In this document: piece by piece, positions 40,786 to 54,200 of the stretch
Numbering within the stretch: the stretch's first letter is position 1
How the letters are laid out: each line of letters starts with the position of its first letter
Source of the DNA: Ptychomitrium polyphyllum
Lineage: Eukaryota
DNA: 64,000 bases
Assembly: GCA_973851085.1 (NCBI GenBank)
Contig: OZ316775.1
Span: 3,596,001 to 3,660,000, forward strand
Direction: 5' to 3'
Program-made: the position numbers and the translations under genes
Notes under the pieces: generated by a model
Told to the model about the DNA's origin: nothing
What the model saw: only the letters and a program-made list of their open reading frames with translations
Databases searched by the model: none

Positions 40786-43700
40786 GACGCCAATCACAAC
40801 ACTCCACCTCAACGCCGCGAAGGTCAACGACGCTCAACCCGGCACCGTTCAGAACCAAAATTCTTACTCTAGGCGCAACCAGAACGCGACGCAATATAGA
40901 TCAATCCAAGCTGCCTGTCCATGAGCTCACGCGAAGATGGATACTAAAGAGAGAGAGAAGGGTTCATGAACATCAATAAGGATCAGCGAATCTCAAACTT
41001 AACCACTTCGTATACCAAAACATTCAGTCACCTCGCAACACCAATTGGTGCCACCAATACGACTCAAACTGAACAAACTCTCCTAAGCTGGACTGATGGC
41101 GCTCCTGCAATGAACTCAATACCTAGTCTCCAATAACCATTCCAGTCAACTCGAATTGCACTTAATCCTGGTGTCGGGGGTACTAGGGAATCCCGACGAT
41201 ATGTGGGAGTCGATCAACAGAATCCAATCCCCTCGAACAGGCTCGTCCTCATGATGATAACCACCACGAAAGAGCGGCGAGCTCTGAAAATCACCAACAC
41301 TAAGAATTAGGATTTAATTCCGCCTTCGCCATATCTCATCCCGACACATTAAACGCTCAACCAGTAACTCAAAGCAGCACCAATGCATTTAATTGCACAC
41401 AGATCACAAAATGCAATCCGAAGGTCACTCTTTGCAAGAGGAAAATAACCTTCTCGTACTCAAACTCCAACAAAGCCACCTGGCTACCAAGCAACCGAGT
41501 TCCTCGCTTCTTCTTTGTCTCTCTTTGTCTCTATCACCCTCGCTAACTATTCTCCATCCCAGGCTACAAATTAGGCAGCTTTGCTTGCTTGCTTACTTGC
41601 TTGCCTCCATCCTTGAAAGCTGATTCCAAATTCTCATCTCGTTAGCTGCTATATAGAATATCTACGGCGAGACTCGCATTTCCACGTCTTCTCGAGAAGG
41701 GGGCGGAATGAACTGGACGATGAAGCATCTGGGCAAACATTCGAGTCAAAATGGAGGAGTCAGACAACAAAGTTTTACTTCGCTGCTGATGAGATTGGTT
41801 ACGGTGCCTAGTCAAGCGGACGAGGTCAAACCTTGACCCCCCGTGTATGGGATTCTCTTTCAGAGACACTGTGGAGCGGTAATATTCTATTAACAGCAAC
41901 AAAACTGCTTTAATGGATAACCAAATACTAATTGATCACTGAGCGTTGAGTGGATAATGAGATCCACTTCTGCTAGGCTTGCATTTGTCTGCACAAACAG
42001 CAATGATACTCACCTTTCTGCTTTCAAATGGAATCTAGCTCAGTCGAGGACTAACACCATATTGATTAGTGCGTTTTTAGTAAGTCATCTTGAGTTTTAG
42101 TTTAGTAATCTATCCCCTAACTTCACTCCAATCAAAGTTTGGGAGAGTCGTCAAACTTGACCCGGAGTATGGGTCTACTACAAAACGTATTACCTTACCA
42201 AACCAACAGTTGGTGTGACCTGAGACTTAAGAATGACTTGAGAGATCGTCCACGATTGTAGGTTGGGAACTTGGGAAGCTGTTAAGGCCCTCTGTCTTGG
42301 CCTACATTTGACTGCTTTTAGCTTCCACATGGCACCCACAAAATGCTCCACATGGTATGAAGTGGTGTGAATATTCAGCTAAATTCCGACCTCGGTTTCG
42401 TAACCATATCATCATCAGTTGGTGGGAGGCGCAGCCTGATCACCTGACCAAGAGCAGATCCAAGTCACAACATTTTATCTTTGGTAATGGTTTATGGCCA
42501 TAAATAGGCTATGAGTCATTCGATACGCATTTTTCCGGAATTCGGGCAGTCTTGGGATCCCATCAGATACATCGTGAGCAGTGAGTCGTGAACAAGAGGA
42601 GTTGGGTGCAGGTGCAGTGACGTTGACAACTTCGCTTTGACATGGCATTGGACAGATCACACCTAGCAGGGTGGGTCACTCGCCATGGAAACCTGGTTTG
42701 GGAAGCACCTGGCGCGCTCTTGTGTGCGTCGCCCATTGGCTGAGACCTGTCTGCTTTACAGTGGGATGAATATGGAAATGGAATACAGTTGTGATCCATT
42801 TCTGGCATACATCTGATGACTACCTCTTTTGGAGGTTCGTGCAGGGGTGCTTTTGATGCATCGAAATGCACAGAAGTTGGCAAGGGCAAGAGAGACTGTG
42901 GATGGGAAGGATGTGCCAGAGGGGTAAGGGTGTTGTTATCATAGTGGAGTTTGTGCCTTGTTTGCTTTGAGATTGTGATTGCACTGGACTCTGGGATTTT
43001 TGCTTGCGGAAGGCTTTGCTTAGCTTACAAGTTATAGAGTGATATGTGGCGTGGGCCAAACCTGGAAGTTCTAGAAACCACGTCTTCTCAACTCGTCATG
43101 AATCCTAAACCTTAATCCAGCACAGAACGTAGAATCACAGAAAAGACGGAAATTAGTAAGCTCTCTAGTTTGCCGGCATTCGATTTTGAAGATGAAGGAT
43201 GCATTAAATTAATCTTTTTGTGTGTGCATAGGAATCTCGTATATGTGGATGCATGTAGAAAGCTTCTGTAGTGTAGCATGCAAATACCGTATAGGAATTA
43301 CATGTCATGCTGTCCGAGAGGAGCATGAAGTTCACCTCAAAAGCTGCAGGGGTTCATTTTTTTTGACTTTTTTGACGCAAATCAGACTCTGAGACTGCAA
43401 TTGCATCACTGAGATTCTATTGATTACTTGACGAAACAAGGTCATTACTTGAGTCAAAAGACACCGTCTTGAGTCTTGTGACTGCAATAGTCGCCCATTT
43501 ACAGTGACAAAGACTTGCAAGCAAGCTGCACCACAGAAGATTTGTCCGGGTTCCAGCTACTTGCTCCGATTATAGTTGAAGTTCTTATTTCCTGATTGAC
43601 CAGAACACTTACACGCTGGCATTTCCATTGATTAACCATCAACTATTGGCTTAATTTGATAATCATCTTATGCTGACCGCAAGTAGAGATCGTTGCAGGC

Positions 43701-44376
43701 GAGCCTCAACATCGATTAACCATAAATTTTAATAAGGTTATCACTATTAGACGAATGAACATTCCTGCACTGGTTGTTGCTGTCCGAAAGCTTTCTTTCC
43801 ACCAACAACGGTCACTTAATGCAAGCACTCTCAACCTGTGGCATGGCTCTCATTTCGGTCTGTATCAGTCAATTCACTCAAGTTTGGTGTTACACATCAG
43901 ATGTTCATATGTTTAATTCCAAAATTAATTTACCAAATATCGCTTAGCTGATAGAACAGTACAATCATTTTAATCAGAAACATTGAGATTCAATCTTCTT
44001 TCAGATTCTATTCCAGCTCCGTTCGATTTACATATACTAACTCATCTGCATACGAAGCCATACCTTTCAGCCTACACAATTGGATAGGAACGCTAAGACA
44101 GCATCTTTGCGCTTGGGACAATGACGCAGTTAGTGAGGTTTAACCGCGACGCGTCAATTGCTGGTTGAAACTATTTCCAACCTCCTGCGGTGCTCGCAAG
44201 AGCTCCTCAGAATTCTTGAAAGATTGGCCCTAGGTTCCAACCTCCACCTCAAGCCCTAAACTGCCGGCTTGAATTTTGCAGTCATCACTACCTTTCAGGT
44301 TCTTAAAATGATGTCGATTTCTGAACGTTTGCAGGGCAACGAAGTCTTGAAAGTACAATCTTCGCACAATGCTTAT

Positions 44377-47300
44377 CTATTCAAGAGGTTTGTCGACCCA
44401 TTTGACGGGATTGAACACGACGGGGTTCAACCGATCCAAGCACGCACAGTCGTGCCGCATATCCTTCATCTCAGGTCGCGGCGCGGCGAACCACGGGGTC
44501 CACTCCGCCCGCGCTAACCGGTACTTGGCCATCCTCCCCGTCTCCCGCGGGCGCCGCGAGAAATTCCACACATTCTTATCAACCTCGTACATGCAAATCT
44601 CCGGCATCCTCTCATCGAAGACCGGCACGAACGCCAGATAGTTCCTCCCCGCAGAGCAATCCCACGCCTTATGCGACTCAATCCGCCCAAACATCACATA
44701 AAAGTACTCATCCGGCACCTGGGTCACGAACTTGAACCGCCTCGTCGGCAACTTGCTGTAAATCTCCAGCTCCCAGACCTGGATCACATTCGGCTTATGC
44801 AACGGCCGTGTCGCGACGTAGACCTTCCCCTCTACCTGACACTGCATCACCCGCGGCGCCTGACAATCGAGCGTCTGCCCGGGCTTGTCTGAATCCGGGA
44901 TCTTGAAACTGATCTGGCTCCACCGCGCGCTCGAGATCTCGATGTAGAAGACCTTGCTCACCCACGTGCTCTCCGCCTTGCCGCCCTTCCGACGCACCGA
45001 CTGATCCGTCCGCACCTGCCCGCCGAAGTAGAGCCCATCGCCGACGATGGCTATGTCGGTGCGGCCGTGCGGCGGCAGGCGCGCGTCGCGCAGGCTGGAG
45101 CAGCTCACCCACGCATCCACGCGCGAGTCGTACGTGAAGAGCGCGATCTCTTCCGTATCAGGTTCTCGCGTTCCGGACTCTACCTGATCGACGCAACGCA
45201 ATCAACTCATTCATTCCGTGGTGGGCACTCCCAAGAGATTTATCGCCTCTGGCCCACTGGATGTTGTGCAAAGCTTCCACAATGCATGTCGGAGTGCAAT
45301 GTTTCAAACATTTCGAACTTTTTAATGCTAAGCTGATTCTATTTGTCAAGAGGTACTCTCATCTCCTTCTTGAACCAAGGCATTTATGAACCAGTGCACA
45401 CACAACATTCTCGAAAGAGTGCAAGGGTGGGCTATTGGCTGTATCAAATAAACTACTATTGAAGCATGGTGTTGTCTTCCTTTTCTAATGAGTCATGCGC
45501 ACTTCTTCACTGACACACATGCAACTGTTTCATATCGATGGTTATATGCGAGCTTCTTGTGTTTGGATTCACAAAATAGCATGACATTCTTATCCTTGAA
45601 TATTCCTGAGGGACATTCCGGGAGCATACCAATGAGACTCTTCAAATCAGAAATTTTAGGAAGTGTTCAAGACCCAAAGGCCCAAATGCAGAGTGGATAA
45701 GGATGTTATGTGAAGTTTGAACTCCAGTTAAAAATAGCCTCTGATATTATTCCAAGAATGTTGTATGCAATGATATGTTAGTTGAAGGCGTATAGACAAA
45801 AATTGCAACTTGGTCACAAGTAACTAATACAACTGGCAATAAGAAAACTACTAATAACATCTTATGATGAATGTTGTCTTACCTTTTCGCTACCAATCAC
45901 ATAGAGGCGGTAGTCAGGATGGCGTCTGTTGGGTTGAAGCATCGACCGCCAGTCGCAGACTTCGGGAGGTTCACTTCCAACCAACACCATTCTAGCCGTC
46001 TTGTTGTGCATTTTGAAGTGCGCCATGCGGGGCAGGATGTGGAAGTCGCGTTGCAATGGATTGCAGGCTACTAAGGTGGATTGTTCAGGAAAATCTTCTA
46101 AAGTTTTTAATTGGGGTTTAGGCTCATGGTACTCTGGAAAGACTGTAGGTTGGGCTACATGTGGAGGTGCAGGTGGCACGGGAGGTGCAGGTGGCACGGG
46201 AGGTGCAGGTGGCACGGGAGGTGCATCAGGGTCAGGCTTTAGAGCAGGTGTTATTTTATTGTCCGGGTTGGAAAACTGCGGGTACTCTATAACATTCTTT
46301 AGCAACTGGGATGGATCATTCCTTGAGGTAGCAACATACATAACCATAACTTAAGGTAACTAGATAATTATTAGTAAACTAAAAAGGTGTTTTTTTATAT
46401 CCTATTTACAAGCGAAAAAGAATTCTAATACACTTTGAATGTGTTCTTTGGAAACTATTGAGCAAGCTGTAAACTTTTTTAAGAATCTTAAAACTCAGTT
46501 ACTTTATTTAATGGTATTTAGTAGGTTTGTTAAAGAGTATTATGGCATGGATTCTTACATATATCAATATTATCGAAAAAAATTAATAAACGGTGAAATT
46601 TACATAATAGTAGAAAGGAAAAAAAACGTAGAAAAATGTAGAAGCGATATTTTTAAAAATTAAAGTTTGAAATTGACCTCTTACTCTTGCTTACCATTAA
46701 CTGGCTGTAACAAACTATTGTGAGCATGCAGCACAAAAACATATACTTAAATTTTTAAATATTAAAAAAGATGCAGTAAACATTCATATTTTATTAAGTT
46801 GGTTATATTATTGTATGGTAATGAACACAAAAGTAATGGTAGTATTGAAGTAATGTTTTTTTCTTATTATTCCAATTTTGAAACATTTTATTACCTAATC
46901 AAAATAAGAATCGTTCAAAATATTGTCCCTTGTTAGGAACGGAGTTTTTTAACGTTGGACTTATCTTTATCCAATAAAAAAAGTTTTAAGTCAGATTTTT
47001 CGTTTTTATTTCTTTAAATATTACTTGGCAGCAGTTTGGATAAGGTTACCTGTGGTTGTCGTCCCCCATTTACAATCAAAAGTCCTGCAGCGCCTGCAAT
47101 GATGTCGTCAACATCAAAAGGGAGGAAGTCCAGGGCTGGCATGTTCATCCATTCTCTGGACATGATGGGTGCATGTTGCAGGATGCGGTTGGAATTGAAG
47201 CCCACCACCTTGCGCAGTAAGTTTTGTTTTTTTGTTAAACAGAAATGGTAGAGAAAAGAAGAATGACGACTCCAACTTTATTTATAAAAATTTGGTATGA

Positions 47301-47925
47301 ATGCAGAAGTTTCTTTTCACTGTCTCCTAAATGATGTCTTTGCAAGATAAAAAAGATTTCTCTTTTAAAAGAAAAACTCAATACAAAGCCAATACAAAAA
47401 CTATTAACTTGAAGAATAGTGAATGTGAAAGGAACTAAATAAAAACTTGGAATTTAAACTAAACATGGAGGAAGATAGATGATTCTCAAATTCACGAATA
47501 GAAAAAAAGTTAAACGAAACGTCCAACTACAAATAGAAAATTGTGAAGTTATTTCAACATTACAAAGATAATAGTGACTATCTCACCAGTGGTCAACAAC
47601 TCTAAGATGGACTGTGGCAAGGAGGCAACAAAGTTAATTAAATTATCTTGAAAATATTTACCTTACGATTGTTGGCACAATTGATTATGAGTGGAAAATA
47701 TGTACAATAGACTTGTAAGTGTTCACTTGCTGGAAGATACATTCCAGGATTCCAATCCATGATATCATGTTTGGCCTTTCCTCGCCATTTCTCCCACCCG
47801 GCACGCAATTGGTGGGGAGTATCTAAGCATGATTGAAATATCTCTGCTCGAGATTCTGGTGTTTGGCTTTTCCAACTAAAGTTTGGGCCCAAAATTTCTA
47901 TCCCTCTATTGTGGCTCATTGCCAT
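44377..47925 (-). CDS. F-box-associated kelch-like propeller protein with a Pro-rich insert and no visible F-box; about 568 aa if the microexon is used; may be 5'-truncated or a pseudogene
   Basis: Exons 47925-47662, 47208-47050, 46704-46695 (10 nt), 46349-45883, 45183-44377. Motifs W..MPALDFLP..IIAGAAGLL, LVACNPLQRDFHILPRM, YRLYVIG, FTYDSRVDAW, IQVWEL, MYEVDKNVW. Confidence 0.7.
46163..46225. repeat. Coding 18-bp tandem repeat, 3.5 perfect copies, encoding (APPVPP)n
   Basis: ggaggtgcaggtggcacg x3 plus ggaggtgca. Confidence 0.95.
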
Positions 47926-47999
47926 GGTTATTGTTTAAAGGTTGCTTTCATCTCCAACTCTTCATACATTGAAAAGCTAATTATTTTTTGTAAAAGAAT

Positions 48000-50900
48000 G
48001 AGTTTTAGTGAACCAACAAAAGCATCAAATCATACATGTTGATTAAAAGATATTTTTTATTTTAAGAAAATTATCAAGTTTTGAGAGTTTAAAATTTACA
48101 TGTAAGTGAATCATTCAACTTTAGCGTAAAACATTATCATGAATCAAGAATACATTTTATATTGCAATTGCTAAGAATAAAAACTAATCAATTAATTTAT
48201 AGATCCCAATATGATTTCTCTAGCATTTGTAACTCTTAACATTTAATAAATAAGATAACCTTATCAAATATTATTATTTAACATTCTATACTTTCAAGTG
48301 GAATTTTATACTTCATTTTTAAACTTCTTAAATTTTATTAATTCTTTAAATTATTCTTTAGACAAGGTTTCATATATAATTTTTATTTAATATGTCTCCA
48401 TTACAAATTTGATTGTAATAAATGCATTAAAAGCTTTTATAAAAAGGAATCATAGCTGAGTTCATATAGAAAAGGAATTAAAAGTGAATCTTGAAATTAT
48501 AGTTTTTGAAAGAATATAAATATTTGTATAACAAAAAAAATTACAAAGTGAAAATTCAAACATCTTTACAGAAACTTACATCAAATAATATTCAATTCTT
48601 GCTTTATAATACAACTATTGCAATTTATAGCTTGCTTTGTAGACATAAAGACAAATGTATATTGTATGCTTTTATGTATATTTTAGTAAGCTTCATCCAT
48701 ATGATAATTTGGATGTGATATTTTTCCTTAGTAAATTGCTTGCATTTTCTTAAATTTTACCTTCTAATTTTAATGTGAAGTAAACTTTTGGTTGATTTAT
48801 GTTGATAATTGTTTTTGCTTATTCAAAATAATATTTCTTTATTAATAGGTGTGACGCTTGGAATAGATATCCATTTTTTATACATAGGTTAAAACTCAAT
48901 AAAAGTATAATATATGAAAATTTTATAAAGACAAGATTGTTATAATTTTTAAATAATAAAATGAAGTGAATAAAAAGGCTCATTTCATGTTACTTTAATT
49001 TTCTCTTAAAAAATGCATGTAACCTCTTTAAGTACCTTATAAAGATATTTTTACAAATTAAGAGAAAAGATTCAATTGTATATACTAAACTTTTATAAAA
49101 TTATCTTTATTTGCAATCTTATTATTTTATAGCATTGTAAAAGTATGTTGCTTTATAAAGTTGCAAAGATACATTGTTCATAGCATTATGGATTCTTAAA
49201 AAAGACACATTTCTGAAAAATTCCAATAATAAAAAACTACAATTAGATAGGCAATAAAAGATTCAATAGTGTACAATTTGTTGTTTTAGCAATAGGTACT
49301 TGTAATTGGATAACAATTGCACAACTACATATAAAGAATATGTAAATAATGTTAAAAAAAATTAAAAGTTAAAAAACTAATTGTGAAGTAGTTGGAATTT
49401 TTTTAAATCAATTTTTTTTTAAAAATATTTTTTGCAATTTAGTAATTTTTTAAGTTATTAAAATTTAAAAATATACTTATATTTTAATTGATGTAAAAAG
49501 TATGTAATGTAGAAAAAAAAAGATGACAAAGGAATATTATTTGATTAAAAATATATATTTTAAGATGTAAGAATTAACCATTTTTATAGTTCTAAATTAA
49601 GAATCTATGAACATAAAAGAGTTTTAAATATTTGATTTCAAAGTTGTTGATTCTAAATAATATGCATACAACTTCATAAATTTTTTATTTGGTTCTTAAA
49701 AAAAATTCTTTTCTTCCCATTATGAATGAAGTAGAAACTTCATTTTAAATTCAATGTCTTTTATTGTGATTGTCTTTAAATAAGTTGTTGAATTTATTTA
49801 AGTTTTTTAAAAGAAAGATAAAACATGATATATTTTTTTATAGTTAAACAAATTCACTTTTGCTTTAGAATGCAAGAAATGAATAATGAATTATAATGAA
49901 TGCATGTAATAACAAATTAATGGATTTGAAAGTCAACATTAATGAATTGAAGTTATAGATGGCTTTAAATTTTAATCTATAATGCTTTATAATATGAAGA
50001 TGGAATCATGCTCTTAGAAAAAAGCATTCAAAGAAGTCTTTGAAGAGTATTACTAAAAAAGAAAAAGAATTAAGTGCACATGCCAATATGCAAAATAACC
50101 CTCCTATAGAGGTTAAAATGGATAGCTACTTAATATTAATGCATCTTGAATCCTTAATTCACTTTGGACATTCTGAAGTTATATTGCACCATTAAAGTCG
50201 CTACATGCATCTTATGAATTAGTTAAGTTGATATATATATCTATTTCAAACCAATTTAAAATAGATTCTAATAGGTATATAAAAGATGCTCTTATTTCCA
50301 TAAATTTAAATAAGTTTATGAAGTGCTTGGTAAATTTTATCTTCTTATCCAATCTAGATGCATGAAGACAAAAAAATAAAAAAGACTTATGAAAACTATA
50401 TTAAGAAAATATTTAAAAGTTTTATTTAATCCATTATATAAAATTAATTTTGCTTTCAAATTTTATAGCACACAAGGCACTAATCCATCTAACAATTGAC
50501 AATCATCTTCTTTTCAAAACAACACAATATGATGAAATAATTCTCCTTCTAAAATGAATCATATTTAATAATTTGTCAGCCATGCAATTTATCATTTTTT
50601 CAATGAAGACCTCTATATCAAAATTCATATCTTACATCTAAATTTTAGAAAACCTACAACAACTTCTTTGTCTTTTACTACAAGTCCACAACATTACCAT
50701 TTAAAAAAAAATTCTTAAAGCATATTTATATTTCTTCCTTTCCTTGGCACGTCTATTTTTTTGAATCAAGAAGAGCCAATTTTAATGCATGAAGAAAAAT
50801 TGTTGTGACTTCCATTTTGTTGCTATAGCCTTTGTGCCTTCTTTACTTTGTTTGAAAACAACCTTTGTGATCAAAATCTTTGCATTTGCTACTTCTAAGT

Positions 50901-53900
50901 AATTGCATTTACTTAATATCAAGCATTTCAAGGATTTGTTTGACTCTTCATAAAAAATTCTTCATTTTTAATTTCGATTTTTTTTAATAACAATATTATA
51001 CCTTTGTTGCAATGTTCTTCACATATTTGTTTACTTTGTACTACATTTCTATCTCAATAGAATTAAAGCTTGTTTCACTCACAATTTCTTATGTATAAAA
51101 TGATTATCTAAAATCTATCTACCTATACATGTTTTGTTTTTGGAAGTGCCAATTAAAATAAAAACCAAATTGCTCAAATGATTATTGATGTAAGAGTGAA
51201 AAAAAGTGAACTTGATGGCTAGCCAAAATTGCTTTATTAAATTGGTGGTATTTAAGTAGCAAAATAGAAATTATCTACAATATCTCGGCTACATTTTTTT
51301 CTTCTTCAACCTTTTTTGACGTATGCAATAATTCCCTTATTATTTTTGTGCCTAGCATTGAATAAATATACTCTTGGAGTTGAATTCCTTAAGCTTATAT
51401 GACTCTAAAAGACTAATCATGCCTTTATATAATTGTTTTTAATGATGATTGTCATTAGTCTTTATTTTTAACTATCATTAATCCCAATTGTTTTTAATGT
51501 TGAATAAATTGCCCAACTAGACTCAAGACTAATATCGTCCATACTTTGCGCATTTGTAAAGATTTGATTATAAAAAAAGAACCTTATATCTTTAGATTTA
51601 AATGTTTGAATTATATAGTTCAAAAATATTATATCTGTTTCCTCTTTATATTTCAAACATAGTGCATGGGCAATGATCCAATCACCTTTAAATTCAACTT
51701 GTTCAAACTACGTACAATATTAAAGATTACCAATATCTTTAGACACGAGAATAAAATAAAATAAAATTAAATTAAAAAATATATATTCTTTTTATTAATA
51801 GAAACCTTCTTTTTTAATAGCAAATTTTTTGTGTACAACACTTTCTACAAAATGTATGTTCTTTAAGATTTTAAAGTGAAACAACAATTTTAATTTTAAT
51901 TTTTATAAATTACCAAAATTAAATTGTTTCCATTAGAGCCTACCTCAAGGTCATATGTGGTGAATATGAATAAACAAACAAATCATTATTTATATCACAA
52001 GGTTTAAAAATCATCACATAAAACTTATATCTTTTGTATTTTTTTTTTGGCATGTTATCATACTTTATTAAATGTATCAATGGATACTTTTAAAGTAATA
52101 AATTCATTAGCAATGGAATTAAATAATGTTTTTACTACAACAAATTGCAATAATGGCATGAATCAATAATAACTTCATTTTTACAAGGTTTTAATTATTC
52201 ATTTGAATTAATAATAAGAAAACTTCATATTGTTCTTTAATCTCTTATTTACATAACATTTCCAATATTTAGGATTATCTATAGTTTTAAATTAAATCAA
52301 ATTTTATCTATTTTTTAAATTTCAAATTAATTAATTAATTTTTTCTTTTGGCTTTTCTTATTTCCTTTTATATTTTCATCTTAATCGCAATTAATTATAT
52401 GATTTTTTAAAATTCAAGTAGTAGTCTATAAAAATTATGCATTATTAATTCAACTGTTTAAACAGTTTAATTCTTTATTTCATCAATTCTAAAGTGTTTG
52501 CCATCTTCTACATAGAATACTCTACAATAGCTTTCATTCTTCCACACACTCAATGGCAAGATTTATAAACTTCTTATGTAAACATTTCACAATATTAGAA
52601 TTGAAGTAAAAATCATTGTATATAAATATAATATAGTCAAATTATCACTTACTTCTATGTTCATAATTTTTTTAAGGTATATATTCTTATAATAACAAAA
52701 TCAATGGTTGAATGAACAATTTAGTTTTATGAACCAATTATAATTAATGTTTTATAGTCAAAAATTTCATAAAGAAGTAATTGTAAAAGGCATGCCATCT
52801 TTGAGATTTCCAACTATAAAGCATGAAGTTTAAATTATAAATATTAAAATAACATTACAAACTTTCAAAAAACTAATGTCATGTATTTTATTAATAAAAC
52901 TTAGAATTTTATTATTAAAAATACATAAGTTTAATGTGTCAATAAATATTTCAAAAATATCAATCTTGTAAAACATTGAATGAAATTTGTAAAGCATATG
53001 TCAAAATATACTTACTGCTCTTAATTTTTTTTAATAGGAGTTAGACACATTAAACACTTTTTTACATTTTAGGTTCTAAAATGTGTATAAAGACAATATT
53101 ATTTTGTGAAACTTGAATTTTACCTTTATTGTCATATAGCCTATCTCTCATTTGAATTTTAAACCTTTAAAAATAGAGTGAAAAATTTATAGTTGTTTTA
53201 ATGTGTTTAGATATTTCGGATTTCCAAGAATAGCCAAAAAAATTGAATTCTAAGATAAATTTGTTCAAACAAGGTGCAATTGTAATATGTGTTATTTTTC
53301 ATTATCTTGTTTGTATAAAAATAAAACAAAGAGAGGACAATCAAGCAATTGGATTATAAAAATAAATCCATTTCATACTAAACTAGCATTGCCTTGTGTT
53401 AATGCTTGTTGCAACTCCAATAGTTCCATTTTTTAAATCATCATTGATTCTATGGAATAGTCAGATTATGCTTAGCTTTAAAAATTCCATACACTAAATG
53501 AACCAATCTTGTCTTATTGATAGTATACATTTTATTTTACCTTGTTATTTAGTATTTTGTTTTGTTTTTATTTGGAACAACATCAATGTAAAATATGCAA
53601 TGCATCCATAAGAATTGAAATTAACAATGATAAAGCCATTTATTGTTCTTTGCATTGCAAATTGAGTATACTAGACAATTTTTAAGAATTTGCAACAACA
53701 AAACAATATTGTAGCTAAATATTCATATGTTTAGTTTAATTTTGATAAAAGTTGTCACTTGGAAAGTCACAAGCCAATAGTTTTGGAAAATAAAGAAGAA
53801 TTTTGAAGATCTTCTATATATGAAGGTGATCTTCCTACATCTAAAAGTACAAAAATCATTAAGATCATTTGGTTTTTGGAGCTAATATTCTCATAAGAAT

Positions 53901-54200
53901 ACATAGTAGATAAATATATAAGCATGAAATAAGACAATCAAATTTATAAGCATGAAATAAGTCAAATTTATAGGCATTTCTTAACGCTCAAGCTTGAAAT
54001 TTTTTTAAACTTAGAAATTCCTTGTATTGTTGTGTTGCGTATAAAATACTTTTTGCTTAGCGTCCTAAAATCTATTTGAGGATGGAAAATAACGAATTCC
54101 CAGCTTTTGAGAAGAACCTCGTACAGCTCGTTTGAAAGTGAGAAGAAATAATTTAAGAAATTTTTAAGAATGCATACATGGAAAATTTTAACAATGTAGT
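48000..54200. other. About 6 kb extremely AT-rich tract, probably ancient transposon debris
   Basis: No credible ORFs, few CpG. No termini or family recognised; boundaries approximate. Confidence 0.55.

Noticed and set aside
42475..43059. Overlapping short minus-strand ORFs or a possible miRNA precursor
   Set aside because: No domain, coherent splice model, extended hairpin or known miRNA recognised by eye; folding was not run.
46001..46354. Plus-strand ORF with GGAGGTGG repeats (PE-PGRS-like look)
   Set aside because: Reverse reading of the APPVPP coding repeat.
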